39,383 nt of DNA from a virus. Shown here one piece after another: positions 8,638 through 19,484 of the stretch. Within the stretch, counting starts at the first letter, position 1; each line of letters begins with the position of its first letter. The position numbers were made by a program, and so were the translations under genes. The notes beneath the pieces were generated by a model. That model was not told where the DNA came from, did not search any database, and saw nothing but the letters and a program-made list of their open reading frames with translations. The stretch spans positions 1 to 39,383 of IMG/VR virus record IMGVR_UViG_3300045988_059515; one strand, given 5' to 3'.

Positions 8638-9098
8638 TCAAAGAAAATCATTTAAGGAACCCTGAGAGAGACGCAACGGCTTATGTCGAAGCACTAAAGC
8701 GTGAAGCAGACGGACACCTTTTGTTATCTCTAGGGAGCCGTGGAGCAGTCTATTCGCACCTCCTTGAACAAAACACCAAGGGGAACATCAGAGCATGGTA
8801 TGACGCTACAGGTAAACTTGTAGGAGTGCTAATGTTTGACGTAGGTAAACTTTGGTGGACTGATAAGACAGTCGTTATGGAAGAGACAGTATTCTGTATC
8901 GACAAAACTTATAGCGGTATTCAAAGAGAAGCTATCAGAGAACTAGAGAGAGTAGCTAGAGGTTATGAGGCAGAGCTTATCATCAGTGGTAATGTTTTGT
9001 CTACAGGACGTACAGCTAAGCTAGTCATGAATGGGTATAAGAAAGCTGGCTTTGAGCCTATCTGTACTGATATGGTAAAGGTACTTGCCTATGAGTAA
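8625..9098 (+). CDS. GNAT-like acetyltransferase-fold protein (tentative)
   Basis: Pattern SGIQREAIRELERVARGYEAELII...AKLVMNGYKKAGFEP resembles GNAT motif A and the C-terminal Y..GF element. There is no canonical R/Q-x-x-G-x-G/A. Confidence 0.45.
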   Translation: MDTVVKENHLRNPERDATAYVEALKREADGHLLLSLGSRGAVYSHLLEQNTKGNIRAWYDATGKLVGVLMFDVGKLWWTDKTVVMEETVFCIDKTYSGIQREAIRELERVARGYEAELIISGNVLSTGRTAKLVMNGYKKAGFEPICTDMVKVLAYE

Positions 9099-9279
9099 CC
9101 TAGACAGACCAGTACCAAGAGTTGACGAGATTATTATTGATGAACTCAAGCGAGCCTTTAATACACACTCAATCTTGCGTAGAGAAGATCTTAATGCAGA
9201 GCAAAAGATAGCATATATCATGGCTATTGATGAAGTAACTAATGTCTTAAACTCATGGAGACTAGAGCATGAACTCTAA
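9085..9279 (+). CDS. Hypothetical protein
   Basis: ORF track; overlaps the previous stop; ends at the phage promoter. Confidence 0.5.
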   Translation: MPMSNLDRPVPRVDEIIIDELKRAFNTHSILRREDLNAEQKIAYIMAIDEVTNVLNSWRLEHEL

Positions 9280-9299
9280 TGTACCCACGAGATAGAGGA
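9278..9299 (+). promoter_or_regulatory. Phage RNAP promoter, copy 1 (AATGTACCCACGAGATAGAGGA), ahead of the structural module
   Basis: 22-nt element identical to 37171..37192 and 21/22 identical to 30084..30105; all three are intergenic and point rightward. Confidence 0.8.
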
Positions 9300-9330
9300 C
9301 TTTAATTCTTTAAAAGACGAAAGGAGACTT

Positions 9331-9573
9331 ATGGGAACTATGCTGGCACAGCTTGCAGTAGGGTTGGTACTCAATAAAGTCGCTCAGAAATGGGGGAGTA
9401 AAGCTAAGCCAGTCCCTCAAGTAACTGGTAAAGACATTGTACCTGCTACTCAAGCAGAGACACCTGAGTTCGCACAGCTAGGTAGTGAGACACCTAACTA
9501 TGTACGAAAGAACAGGGAAGCATTAACAATCAAACGAAACACAGACAATGACTATAACCCTATGAATATGTAG
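9331..9573 (+). CDS. Hypothetical small virion-module protein
   Basis: Strong SD (GAAAGGAGA); hydrophobic or amphipathic N-terminus; lies upstream of portal. Confidence 0.6.
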   Translation: MGTMLAQLAVGLVLNKVAQKWGSKAKPVPQVTGKDIVPATQAETPEFAQLGSETPNYVRKNREALTIKRNTDNDYNPMNM

Positions 9574-9590
9574 AACACGAAAGGAGAACC

Positions 9591-9806
9591 ATGGGAGGAC
9601 TTAAGAAACTCTTTGGTGGTAGAGAACCTGACATTCCAACACCAGCAGTATCCGCACCTGAGGTACCTGATAGCACAGATCAAAAGTATGCAGAAACTCA
9701 AGGCGGTGGCTTGCGTAAACGTAAAGCAAGAGGTAAGAAAGACCTACAAATTACTACTACAGGGCTCAATGCGAATGGCACACGAGGTAATGGGGTGAAT
9801 GTTTAG
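9591..9806 (+). CDS. Hypothetical small basic protein
   Basis: Strong SD (GAAAGGAGA); abuts the portal start. Confidence 0.6.
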   Translation: MGGLKKLFGGREPDIPTPAVSAPEVPDSTDQKYAETQGGGLRKRKARGKKDLQITTTGLNANGTRGNGVNV

Positions 9807-11366
9807 ATGGCGACAAAGAAGCGTAAATCTACACAGCCTCAAGACCAAGGTATATCCGCTAAGGAGCTCTACACAAAACTAGAGAGTAAACGAGAGCCTT
9901 ATGTACAGCGAGCTATTAGTTGTGCAAAGCTAACTCTTCCTCATGTATTCCACGACAAGAATGACGATGGCAATACTAAATTCAATACACCTTATCAGTC
10001 TATTGGAGCACGAGGAGTAAACAACTTAACAAGCAAATTAGTACTTGCCCTATTTCCACCGAATGAGGGCTTTTTTAAATTGGGTTTGTCAACAGAAATG
10101 AAGCGACAACTCATCAACTCATCTCCTGAGGTTTACGAAGAGAAAACACAAGAGATTGAGCAAGCACTCATGAGATACGAACAGGCAAGCCTAAAGTATC
10201 TTGAAGAAATTCAATTCAGATCAACAGCTCAGGAAGCAAGCCGACACTTAATCATCACTGGCAATGGAGTAGTATTCCTACCGCCTGACAGAGATGGCAC
10301 TAAGTTTTATGACTTAAATCATTTTGTCGTACAGCGTGATGGGGTCGACACAGTAGTTACGTTGATAACTAAAGACGTCCTATTGAAACGCACATTGCCT
10401 CCTGAAGCATACAATCTAGTCCCTGACAAAAAGGACGATGAAGAAGTCGAAGTGTATACCAAATGCGACTTAGTAGATGACAACTATGAATGTTTTAGCG
10501 AAGTCGATGGTGTACTCATTAATGGTAGTGAGCAGTCATATCCTAAAGAGAAATTCCCTTATATTGTCTTAAGAATGACAAAAGGGAGTAACGAGGACTA
10601 TGGACGCTCAATGGTAGAAGAATACTTAGGTGACTTAACAAGCCTAGAGAAACTATCAAAAGCTCTAGTTACAATGGCTTCTATCAGTGCACGCACATTA
10701 TACCTAGTGAACCCTAATGGTATCACAAGACCTAAACTTTTACAGGACGCTCAAGAGGGCGACTTTGTAAGTGGTCGAATTGAAGATATTCAAGCACTAC
10801 AACTTAATAAATATCCTGATATGCAAACGACAAAAGCGACTGCTGACACTATTGAGCAACGCTTATCGTTTGCTTTTCTTTTGTCTAATGTCGTACAGCG
10901 GAACGCAGAACGAGTAACAGCAGAAGAAATTAGGACAGTCGCAAGTGAGCTTGAGGACACTCTTAGCGGTGTATATAGCATTTTAACTCAAGAGTTCCAG
11001 TTGCCACTTGTAAGACGAGTACTAGCAGTCTTAATGGCTAAAGGCGAACTAGCACAGCTTCCTAATGGCTTTATTGAGCCGACAATCACAACTGGTATGG
11101 AAGCCTTAGGTCGAGGACATGATTTTAATAAGTTCATGACTTTCATGAGTGTAGTAGGTCAAATGCCTGACGCTATGGGATACATGAAGATTAATCAATG
11201 GCTAGTAGCGATAGCGACAAGTTTAGGTATCGACACTACTGGACTTATTAAGACTGATGAAGAAATTCAACAAGAACAACAGCAAGCTATGGAAGCTCAA
11301 CAAGAGCAAGCCTTAGTAGAACAGGCTATGTCAAGCACTATGAATGAAAGCGAGGTAACACAATAG
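9807..11366 (+). CDS. Portal (head-tail connector, T7 gp8-like)
   Basis: YQSIGARGVNNLTSKLVLALFPP matches the conserved gp8 segment (TIGARGLNNLASKLMLALFP); size and synteny fit. Confidence 0.9.
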   Translation: MATKKRKSTQPQDQGISAKELYTKLESKREPYVQRAISCAKLTLPHVFHDKNDDGNTKFNTPYQSIGARGVNNLTSKLVLALFPPNEGFFKLGLSTEMKRQLINSSPEVYEEKTQEIEQALMRYEQASLKYLEEIQFRSTAQEASRHLIITGNGVVFLPPDRDGTKFYDLNHFVVQRDGVDTVVTLITKDVLLKRTLPPEAYNLVPDKKDDEEVEVYTKCDLVDDNYECFSEVDGVLINGSEQSYPKEKFPYIVLRMTKGSNEDYGRSMVEEYLGDLTSLEKLSKALVTMASISARTLYLVNPNGITRPKLLQDAQEGDFVSGRIEDIQALQLNKYPDMQTTKATADTIEQRLSFAFLLSNVVQRNAERVTAEEIRTVASELEDTLSGVYSILTQEFQLPLVRRVLAVLMAKGELAQLPNGFIEPTITTGMEALGRGHDFNKFMTFMSVVGQMPDAMGYMKINQWLVAIATSLGIDTTGLIKTDEEIQQEQQQAMEAQQEQALVEQAMSSTMNESEVTQ

Positions 11367-12113
11367 GTGGACATTACAGTTAATTCACAGAATAACACTC
11401 AGATTGTAGACGCTCAGCCACCACAGGAGCCTACAGTCGACAACCAACAACAACAGGTAAACACTGAGCCAGCTCAACAGCAACAAGTAGAAAACACAAA
11501 TACAGAGGCAACAGCTACGACACAAGTTGACGCTCAGACAAATACAGTGCAGGAAGCAATGGCTCAGCAAAAGCAGACAACTGAGAAGCTAACTGAGGAC
11601 TTAGCACAACGCAATGTAGACTTTAAAGCTCTTGAAGAGGAGTACACAAAAAATGGTAATTTGTCGACTGCTTCTTTAGAAGCCCTAGCGAACGCTGGCT
11701 ACCCTAAGGAAGTTGTAGACGCATACATCAGTGGTGTAGAAGCCACTCAAGAGAAATTCTACAACGCAGTAGTTGGCTTTGCAGGCGGTGAAGATGGATA
11801 CCGACAAGTAGCTCAATTCGTACAGTCTCAAGGTCAACAAGCAATCGACAACTTTAATAGTGCAATTAATGGAGGCAACTTAGGAGTAATCAATATGGTT
11901 ATCCAAGGTGTCAAAGCGAATATGCAGGCAGTTAATGGCACAACTAATAGTACTATCTTAGGTCAAACTACAGGCGGTACTACAGCGAACACAAATGCTT
12001 TCCAAACGAAGCAACAAATGGTAGAGGCTATCAGTGATCCAAGATACTCTACAGACCCAATCTACCGAAAACAAGTAGAGACAAAAATTATGAACAGTGA
12101 TTTTACAATGTAA
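11367..12113 (+). CDS. Scaffolding protein (gp9-like)
   Basis: GTG start abutting the portal stop; Q/T-rich low-complexity N-terminus; lies between portal and capsid. Confidence 0.7.
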   Translation: MDITVNSQNNTQIVDAQPPQEPTVDNQQQQVNTEPAQQQQVENTNTEATATTQVDAQTNTVQEAMAQQKQTTEKLTEDLAQRNVDFKALEEEYTKNGNLSTASLEALANAGYPKEVVDAYISGVEATQEKFYNAVVGFAGGEDGYRQVAQFVQSQGQQAIDNFNSAINGGNLGVINMVIQGVKANMQAVNGTTNSTILGQTTGGTTANTNAFQTKQQMVEAISDPRYSTDPIYRKQVETKIMNSDFTM

Positions 12114-12132
12114 AAAGGAGACAAATTAATTA

Positions 12133-13113
12133 ATGGCTGGAGTAACAAATTATCAACAACAAGGTGCTAAACAAAACACAGGCGATCAATTAGCCTTATT
12201 CTTAAAAGTATTCAGTGGTGAGGTTTTAACAGCTTTCACACGAGCTTCTAAAGTAATGAATAACCACATGATTAAAACTATTGACAGCGGTAAGTCTACT
12301 TCTTTCCCTGTAATGGGTCGTGGTAAAGCTCATTACTTGCCAGCAGGTTCTAACCTTGATGACTTGCGTGAAGCAATTCCACACAACGAAGTAGTAATCA
12401 ACATTGACGGCTTATTGACTTCCGATGTATTGATTACAGACATCTTTGAAGCTATGAACCATTACGATGTTCGTGGTGAGTACGCTAAGCAATTAGGCGA
12501 AGCATTGGCAATCGCAGCCGATGGTGCTACAGTGGCAGAAATCGCTAAGTTAGTTAAAGCGAACACTGAGAACATTACTGGTTTAGGCAAAGGTATTGTC
12601 GTAGAGAAAACCATTACAGGTGGTGCTGGTATTAATTACGAGACTGGTAAAGCGGTAATTGATGGCTTGCTTGAAATGAAAGCTAAATGGACTACTCAAT
12701 ACGTTCCTGAAGAAGAACGCTTTGCATACATCACACCTGAAGTAGAAAGTGCTATCATCACTTCTAAAGACGCTATCAACCGAGACTATGGTGCAGTAGC
12801 TTCTATTGTCGATGGTAACATTGATAAACTTTGCGGTTTTAAAATCATTGCTGTACCTCACTTGAAAGCAGGCGGTGCAGACAAAACAGGTATGCTTGGC
12901 ACAGCTCCTGAGGGTCATGAATTCCCTACAGATTATGCAGGTGCATTAGCTGTTTGTGCACATCGTACAGCAGTAGCAACTGTAAAACTTAAAGACTTGC
13001 AATTAGAACACGCACGTCGTCCTGAATTGCAAGCTGACATGATTATTGCTAAGAACGCTGTAGGTCATGGCGGTTTACGTCCTGAAGCAAGCGGTATTAT
13101 CCTTGCAAAATAA
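12133..13113 (+). CDS. Major capsid protein (gp10-like)
   Basis: Position, size (326 aa), biased codon use, and a strong terminator immediately downstream, as after T7 gene 10. Confidence 0.85.
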   Translation: MAGVTNYQQQGAKQNTGDQLALFLKVFSGEVLTAFTRASKVMNNHMIKTIDSGKSTSFPVMGRGKAHYLPAGSNLDDLREAIPHNEVVINIDGLLTSDVLITDIFEAMNHYDVRGEYAKQLGEALAIAADGATVAEIAKLVKANTENITGLGKGIVVEKTITGGAGINYETGKAVIDGLLEMKAKWTTQYVPEEERFAYITPEVESAIITSKDAINRDYGAVASIVDGNIDKLCGFKIIAVPHLKAGGADKTGMLGTAPEGHEFPTDYAGALAVCAHRTAVATVKLKDLQLEHARRPELQADMIIAKNAVGHGGLRPEASGIILAK

Positions 13114-13130
13114 TCTTTAACAACTCTATG

Positions 13131-13159
13131 GGGGTAGTCTTATGGCTATCCCCTTTTTT
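13131..13159 (+). terminator. Intrinsic terminator after the capsid gene
   Basis: GGGGTAG / CTA(T)CCCC stem with an 8-nt loop, followed by TTTTTT. Confidence 0.75.
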
Positions 13160-13174
13160 GTCTAAGGAGAACTT

Positions 13175-13747
13175 ATGATTTTAACACCACTAACCAAACT
13201 GGACGCAGTGAATGAAATATGCGGAGCTATGGGTGAGGCTCCTGTAGACACTTTAGAAAACAGTGAGAATGTCGATACAATCAATGCAGTTCGTATGCTT
13301 GAAGCTGAAACAAGAGCTATCCAAGTAATGGGCTGGACGTTTAATACCATAGAGAACTATGTCATGACACCTGACGACAATACTAAACGTATCCACTGGG
13401 ACGACACAATTTTGTCTATTCAATTCAGTGATAAGCGTATTGTTAGAAAGCGTGATGAGTGGCTTTATGATGTAACAAATAATACAGATAGGTTTGTATC
13501 ACCACTGACAGCTAAAGTAATTCAATATGTACCATTCGAGGAAATGCCTCAGGTATTCCGACAATATATCACAGTGAGGACAGCTCACCATTTTGTCGCA
13601 CGTTACTTAGGCGATCCTACAATCATGCAAGAGCTACAACAAGAAGAAGCTCAAGCATATATGCAGATGATGGAAGCAGAGATTACCTTAGAGCAATCTA
13701 ATGTACTCATGAACCCTGCTGTACAAAACTACATGAATAGGGGGTAA
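13175..13747 (+). CDS. Tail tubular protein A (gp11-like)
   Basis: Size (190 aa) and synteny between capsid and gp12-like gene; SD AAGGAG. Confidence 0.75.
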   Translation: MILTPLTKLDAVNEICGAMGEAPVDTLENSENVDTINAVRMLEAETRAIQVMGWTFNTIENYVMTPDDNTKRIHWDDTILSIQFSDKRIVRKRDEWLYDVTNNTDRFVSPLTAKVIQYVPFEEMPQVFRQYITVRTAHHFVARYLGDPTIMQELQQEEAQAYMQMMEAEITLEQSNVLMNPAVQNYMNRG

Positions 13748-13750
13748 CTA

Positions 13751-16246
13751 ATGCCACTTATACAACAAACAATAAAGAACCTCATTGCAGGTATATCTCA
13801 ACAGCCTCCTAAGTTGCGTCATGCAGAGCAACTAGAAGAGCAGATTAATGGCTTCTCTACAGAAGCAGGTGGTTTACAAAAGAGACCTCCTACACAGCAC
13901 ATTAGGAGACTACCAGCACTACCACTGAAAACTAAAGTACACCTCATCAATCGTGATGAAAATGAAAGATATATTGTCGCTTTCACTGGGGATAGTCTTA
14001 AGATATTCGACATCAATGGCAATGAGAAAACAGTCAAGATGGAGAATGGAGCAGATACTTATGTAACCTGTAGTGAACCTAACAAGCAACTTAAGGCAAT
14101 CACAGTAGCAGACCATACATTCATTGTGAACACTACTAAAGTAGTCGAGATGGATAAGACAAATAAAGCTCCTGACGCATGGACTGAGCAAGGAGCACTT
14201 GTCGTAGTCCGTCAAGGTCAATATGGCAGAAAGTACACAATACGTCTTAATGGTACTGACTATACCTATGAAACACCTGACGGCGGGGCGGCTAGTCACT
14301 CTAAGATGATAGCTACAGACTACATCACAGAGCAACTCTATAGTAAAGTTGCAGGTACTTTTAAGAAACCTTTTAGTACATTAACAGAAGAAGAACTAAA
14401 GAAATATGGAATAACAGTACATAGAGAACGTATTAGCGGGAATGATAATGACTGGGAATTTAACACTTATACATACAAAGGGAAACGCTATAGTGAAACA
14501 GATACAATTACATTTGAAGGTGCTCAAGGCTTAACAGCTATTAAAGGCTCTAACTGGATACAACTTATAGGTAACTTAAAAAACCTAACAGTATCTGATG
14601 GCTTTAATGGTGAAGCCCTTAAGTTATTCACTAATACAACTCCTAGGTTTGAAATATTACCAGCGACAGCTCCGAGTGGGTATACAGTTATTGTCAAAGG
14701 CGAGAAAGCCTCAGATGATGACTACTACGTTAAGTATGACATAGATCAAAAGCTATGGACTGAGACAACTAAGCCTAATACTGAGATAAACTATAACAAA
14801 TCTACAATGCCTTATATCCTCCGAAGAGAAGCAGATGGCACATTCACTTGTACGACTGCTGATTGGAATGAGAGAAAGACTGGTGATGAGGACAGTAACC
14901 CTACGCCATCTTTTGTAGGCAATAAGATAAACGACATTTTCTTCTTTAGGAACCGCTTAGGAATTATCTCAGGGGAAGCAGTCAATTTGTCGAGGACATC
15001 AGACTTCTTTAACTTTTGGGTAGACAGTGCTACTTCTATTGTAGATACAGATCCTATTGATTTACAAGTATCTCACAATCGAGTAAGCACACTATACAAT
15101 GCAGTACCATTCAATCAAGACTTATACCTCTTTAGTGCCCAGACACAATTCATTTTGAGAGCTGAGGGAGTACTAAGTCCTAAGACAGCAGTCATCGACC
15201 AAGTAACTGAGTTTGACGCTGATACATGGGTTAAGCCTATAGGTGTAGGACGTAACTTATACTTTACAGCTCATAAGACAGACTTTACGACTGTACAGGA
15301 ATACTTTGCAGTAGCTGATAGTACTACTCAAAAGAACGCTACAGACGTTACAGGACACGTTCCGAACTTCCTAAAGAATAGCATTTATTCTCTTAAGGCT
15401 TGTAACAATGAGAACTTATTGATTGCCTTAAGTGATAACCAAAGAGACACAATGTATATCTACAAGTTCCTATTCCTGAATGATAGTAAAGCTCAAGCAA
15501 GTTGGAGCTCATGGACATTCGATGGAGAGCTCATAGGTGCTGACTTTATCAATTCTGTTATGTACTTAGTAATTAACCGAGGTGGCAATACATTCCTTGA
15601 GAAATTACCAATTAGTTATAATACAAAAGATTTTGTCTCAGAACCATACCGAGTAATGCTTGACAGGAAGTTTAAAACGACATTACATGGTACCTTTGAT
15701 AAAGACACCAAGGAGATGAGGTATGACGTCAAATCAATCTATGGAGACGCTTATTCTGAGCCTAGAGAGTACACAATAGTACTTAAGAATGGCTCAGTGT
15801 ATTCAGGAAAAGATACTGTAGTTATACCACACCAAGTAGAACCACTGGAGGACTTTGAGTGTTTCATAGGAGTAGCCTATGAGTTTAAGTTTATCTACAG
15901 CACATTCTTTATTAAACAAGCAAGTCAAACAGGTACCGACACGATACCTAACGACAGACTACAGCTACGCTTCCTGCACATCAATTATGACAACACAGGA
16001 GAGTTTGAAGTTATTGTAAATGCTACTGGTAAGACACCTAAGCATTATAAAATGACTGCACGTATTGTCGGTACACCAAGTAATCAAGTTGGTATACACC
16101 CACTGGAGACTGGAGAGTTCCGAGTTCCACTAATGGGACGCAATACGGACACAGAAGTAACAGTAATCAATACAAGCCCTTTACCAAGTGCATTTAACAC
16201 AACAGTATGGCAAGGACTTGTAACATATAAATTTAGACAAATATAG
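13751..16246 (+). CDS. Tail tubular protein B (gp12-like)
   Basis: Size (831 aa) and synteny. Confidence 0.8.
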   Translation: MPLIQQTIKNLIAGISQQPPKLRHAEQLEEQINGFSTEAGGLQKRPPTQHIRRLPALPLKTKVHLINRDENERYIVAFTGDSLKIFDINGNEKTVKMENGADTYVTCSEPNKQLKAITVADHTFIVNTTKVVEMDKTNKAPDAWTEQGALVVVRQGQYGRKYTIRLNGTDYTYETPDGGAASHSKMIATDYITEQLYSKVAGTFKKPFSTLTEEELKKYGITVHRERISGNDNDWEFNTYTYKGKRYSETDTITFEGAQGLTAIKGSNWIQLIGNLKNLTVSDGFNGEALKLFTNTTPRFEILPATAPSGYTVIVKGEKASDDDYYVKYDIDQKLWTETTKPNTEINYNKSTMPYILRREADGTFTCTTADWNERKTGDEDSNPTPSFVGNKINDIFFFRNRLGIISGEAVNLSRTSDFFNFWVDSATSIVDTDPIDLQVSHNRVSTLYNAVPFNQDLYLFSAQTQFILRAEGVLSPKTAVIDQVTEFDADTWVKPIGVGRNLYFTAHKTDFTTVQEYFAVADSTTQKNATDVTGHVPNFLKNSIYSLKACNNENLLIALSDNQRDTMYIYKFLFLNDSKAQASWSSWTFDGELIGADFINSVMYLVINRGGNTFLEKLPISYNTKDFVSEPYRVMLDRKFKTTLHGTFDKDTKEMRYDVKSIYGDAYSEPREYTIVLKNGSVYSGKDTVVIPHQVEPLEDFECFIGVAYEFKFIYSTFFIKQASQTGTDTIPNDRLQLRFLHINYDNTGEFEVIVNATGKTPKHYKMTARIVGTPSNQVGIHPLETGEFRVPLMGRNTDTEVTVINTSPLPSAFNTTVWQGLVTYKFRQI

Positions 16247-16260
16247 AAAGGAGGCGACTT

Positions 16261-17256
16261 ATGGGTACAGCTAATACACAGCTATTAGGAGCTATGAATG
16301 CTGGAGGACTAGCGACTACTGGCTCTTTAGGGGGAAATACATCAATCGGAATGGGTATGCAACTATTGAGTGCTTATAACAACTATAGAGCTCAAAGGAG
16401 ACAAGCAGAGGCTCAAGCAGACCAAATCATTGCTCAGGCTAAAGGAGCCATTAAGACAATGAACTACTCTTTAGGTAACTTTGAGAATGAACGTAGAAAT
16501 GCCTTTGAAGCTAGTGTAGCTCAATTAGGAGCTATTCGTATGCAGGCAAGAGGACTTGAAGAAAGTGTACAAGCAAGCACTGGAGAATACCAAAGTGGTA
16601 AGACAGCCAAGCTATTGGTACGCTCTACGAAAGCTGATGGGCTCCGCACGACAAATCAAGTGAAAGACAATTATATTCGTAAGAGTGATGAAATAGATCA
16701 AAATAAAGAGCGTGTATTCCTGAGCACTAGGGAATATTTGTCTCATCTTGAAACACCTCGTATCCCAACTCTAATAGGTGGTATTCTTAGTCAAGCTGGT
16801 GCTTTAATGTCGGCTTATAACGACTATAAGAATATGAACGCTAATCGAATTTCTAAGATAGGCAATGGGAGTGGAGTAGGTGGTACCAGTGGCACTCATG
16901 TAGAAAGCCTAGTGAGACGATGGGAACCTGACTACACCTTTAGGAATGCTAGTAAAAACCCATGGCGAACCAGTGCTAACGATGGTTTTAGCCTAGCGGA
17001 CACTCGCAGAGGAGTACTAGGGTACACAGTTAATGATCCTAAAGCAATCAATTATGGTAACCCTAACATTCGTTATGACACTAATAGTGCAAGCTACCAG
17101 TACAGTGCTAATGGCTTTGCTACAGCCTTATCAATCAACATGGACTACCCTAAACTCTTAAGTACTTCTTATCGACAACCAATTAGATTTGGTAACCCAC
17201 GCATAGGGTATAACCAAGACAATAATCAATACATTTTCAATGGAGGACAATTATAG
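16261..17256 (+). CDS. Internal virion protein (gp13/gp14 position)
   Basis: Synteny after tail tubular B; Gly/Ala-rich hydrophobic N-terminus. Confidence 0.6.
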   Translation: MGTANTQLLGAMNAGGLATTGSLGGNTSIGMGMQLLSAYNNYRAQRRQAEAQADQIIAQAKGAIKTMNYSLGNFENERRNAFEASVAQLGAIRMQARGLEESVQASTGEYQSGKTAKLLVRSTKADGLRTTNQVKDNYIRKSDEIDQNKERVFLSTREYLSHLETPRIPTLIGGILSQAGALMSAYNDYKNMNANRISKIGNGSGVGGTSGTHVESLVRRWEPDYTFRNASKNPWRTSANDGFSLADTRRGVLGYTVNDPKAINYGNPNIRYDTNSASYQYSANGFATALSINMDYPKLLSTSYRQPIRFGNPRIGYNQDNNQYIFNGGQL

Positions 17257-19470
17257 ATGGCTAATAACAATACACAAGTGAGTGGTTCCATAGGTACTGC
17301 TCAACAGTTTATGCCTAATGCCCCTCAGACATACCAACAGAATTTGTCTAATGTAGCCTCCGTAGGCTCACCAATGGCACGCTTTACGAATGACGCAGAC
17401 CTATTAGCAACTGGTTTGTCTCAACTAGGAGTAGCGTGGAAGCAGTACACAAATGATGAAGAGGAGCGTAAGGAAAAGATAGCGAAAGCCGTAGCTCCTC
17501 AGCTATACACAAGTATGACTGAAGCTCAGAAAGAGGGCTTGACTACACGACAAATCTTAGCGACAAGTGGTAAGTTCAATCTACAGGACAATGAGTACGC
17601 AGTGGCGACTATTGACCGCATGAGAGGTACTGAGATGGGGAAACGTATAGAGAGCGACTGGCAAATCTATGACGACCAACATCAGCAACAACCTGATTTA
17701 CCACGACAATTCAATACATTCGATGAGTTCTATGAAGCACGACTTAAGGACTACATGAGTGAGGAGAACATCGAGAACCAATATGCCTTTCAAGGTGGAC
17801 TTGAAGAGCAACATATGGCGACTAAGATGGCAGTCTTTGATACCTTTACGAAACGTAAAGAAACTCAACTAAAGCTAGAGCGTGTCAATGGTATTACTGC
17901 AATGGTAGGGGACTTCGCACGGAATAACCCTGACATTACTGTAGAAGATGGCACACCATACCTTGAGAGCTTTATCACTAATATTCGTGAGACAGCAACA
18001 AGTGATAGTAACCTTGAGTACAAGCTACTAGGCAACGTAGCAGAAGCAATCTCTAAGACTGGTAATGCAGACCTAGTAGAAGCCTTTGGACAAATGGAGT
18101 ACGACGATAGACGTCGAGTGAAAGACGTAATTGATTTGTCGGACTATAAAGACGGAGCCAATACGGAAGCCGTTAAGATACGCAATGACAGATTTGTCGC
18201 ACTCAATAAGGATATTGAAGCAATCAAGACTGTAGAGGGACTTGACGAGTACTACAACAAGAAGAAAGAAGAAAGCCCTGAGGACTACCGACTTATTGCT
18301 CCTCTATACAACCATGCAGTAGCTAACATCAAGACTGAGCAAGCTAGACAAAAAAAGTTAGCACTCATGAAGCAAGCTAAAGAATTAGCTAGAAGCAATG
18401 CTAATGCTACGCTACAGCCAATGTTTGACGCAATGCTTGCAGGTAAAGCCTCATGGAATGGTATGGAGTTCCCAAGAAGTGAAGCTGACCTTAAGGATAT
18501 GGGTATTGACCCTGATATGTTCATAAGCGGTGCAAGAGAAATGCTTAGACAAAGACTATTAAGCGGTCAGTATGATGGCTTACAGTATGTCTTAGCTAAC
18601 CCACTTATCGGTAATGCTATGCGAACCTCTATGAAAGACCAAATGGACGTAGCCTTAGCTTCTATGGATCAAAGTGGTAATATGCCTGAGATTGTCGGAA
18701 TTGCTTTGTCGCTCTATAGGGCACGACCAAATATGATACATCAACTCTTAGACCCTAAATGGGCTGGACGTATCCAAGCTCTAGGAAGTCTACAGGACAG
18801 CATGGGACAAGATGAGGGAACTAAAATATTCGCTATGGGTATGCAAGCTCTACGAGACCCTGATACAGCAGACAAGGTTAAGACGGCTATCAATGCAATT
18901 CCTATGGGAAGCTCAAAAACATTAAACATAAGAACTGGTGCATGGGGTTATTTTGATATACCTGAAAGCACACCTACAGGCTTATTAGGAGCTATTAGAG
19001 ACCAAGCAGAGATACTTAAGGCAACTGGAAGATTTACAGCTGACCAAGCTATGGAGAAAGCTAAAAGCAATCTAATACACTCTTTTGTCAACTATGATGG
19101 AGTACTTTTACCACGCTCTATCCTTAACACAACTGGTGTAGAAAGTGAAGCATTCGCTAGTGAGGGTGTACGACACGTATTAGATGAGCTGAAGAGTAAA
19201 CAAGGTGATGGCTCATGGATAAGCTATGATCCAGACCAAGATGTAATTTATGTACGACGAGCAGGCTCTATGGAGGGCTTAGCGTATTATCCATGGGATA
19301 TTGGCAATAGAGCTTATCACTATCTAAGCGACACTACAGCAGAAGAACGTAAAGGTGAAGATACAGAGCATACAGTAGTATATGGCAATAATGTTATTAA
19401 TACAGATTTGTCAGGTAGCTCATTGAACCAAGGCAAGAGTAAACTACGAGCATTCTTTGGTTTAGATTAG
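17257..19470 (+). CDS. Internal virion protein (gp15-like)
   Basis: Size (737 aa versus 747 aa in T7 gp15) and synteny. Confidence 0.7.
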   Translation: MANNNTQVSGSIGTAQQFMPNAPQTYQQNLSNVASVGSPMARFTNDADLLATGLSQLGVAWKQYTNDEEERKEKIAKAVAPQLYTSMTEAQKEGLTTRQILATSGKFNLQDNEYAVATIDRMRGTEMGKRIESDWQIYDDQHQQQPDLPRQFNTFDEFYEARLKDYMSEENIENQYAFQGGLEEQHMATKMAVFDTFTKRKETQLKLERVNGITAMVGDFARNNPDITVEDGTPYLESFITNIRETATSDSNLEYKLLGNVAEAISKTGNADLVEAFGQMEYDDRRRVKDVIDLSDYKDGANTEAVKIRNDRFVALNKDIEAIKTVEGLDEYYNKKKEESPEDYRLIAPLYNHAVANIKTEQARQKKLALMKQAKELARSNANATLQPMFDAMLAGKASWNGMEFPRSEADLKDMGIDPDMFISGAREMLRQRLLSGQYDGLQYVLANPLIGNAMRTSMKDQMDVALASMDQSGNMPEIVGIALSLYRARPNMIHQLLDPKWAGRIQALGSLQDSMGQDEGTKIFAMGMQALRDPDTADKVKTAINAIPMGSSKTLNIRTGAWGYFDIPESTPTGLLGAIRDQAEILKATGRFTADQAMEKAKSNLIHSFVNYDGVLLPRSILNTTGVESEAFASEGVRHVLDELKSKQGDGSWISYDPDQDVIYVRRAGSMEGLAYYPWDIGNRAYHYLSDTTAEERKGEDTEHTVVYGNNVINTDLSGSSLNQGKSKLRAFFGLD

Positions 19471-19484
19471 AAAGGAGGTAACAT

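Noticed and set aside
9613-9798. Alternative-frame + ORF (61 aa) inside 9591..9806
   Set aside because: It has no SD and is fully nested. The 9591 frame has a strong SD and abuts the portal gene.
13080-13175. A T7 gene 10A/10B-type programmed frameshift at the capsid 3' end
   Set aside because: The stop codon is followed within 18 nt by the terminator hairpin, so there is no extended alternative frame.
12583-14335. Minus-strand ORFs 12583..12918, 13162..13350, 13819..14037 and 13919..14335
   Set aside because: They are antisense shadows within the capsid and tail tubular genes. The whole structural module is transcribed rightward.
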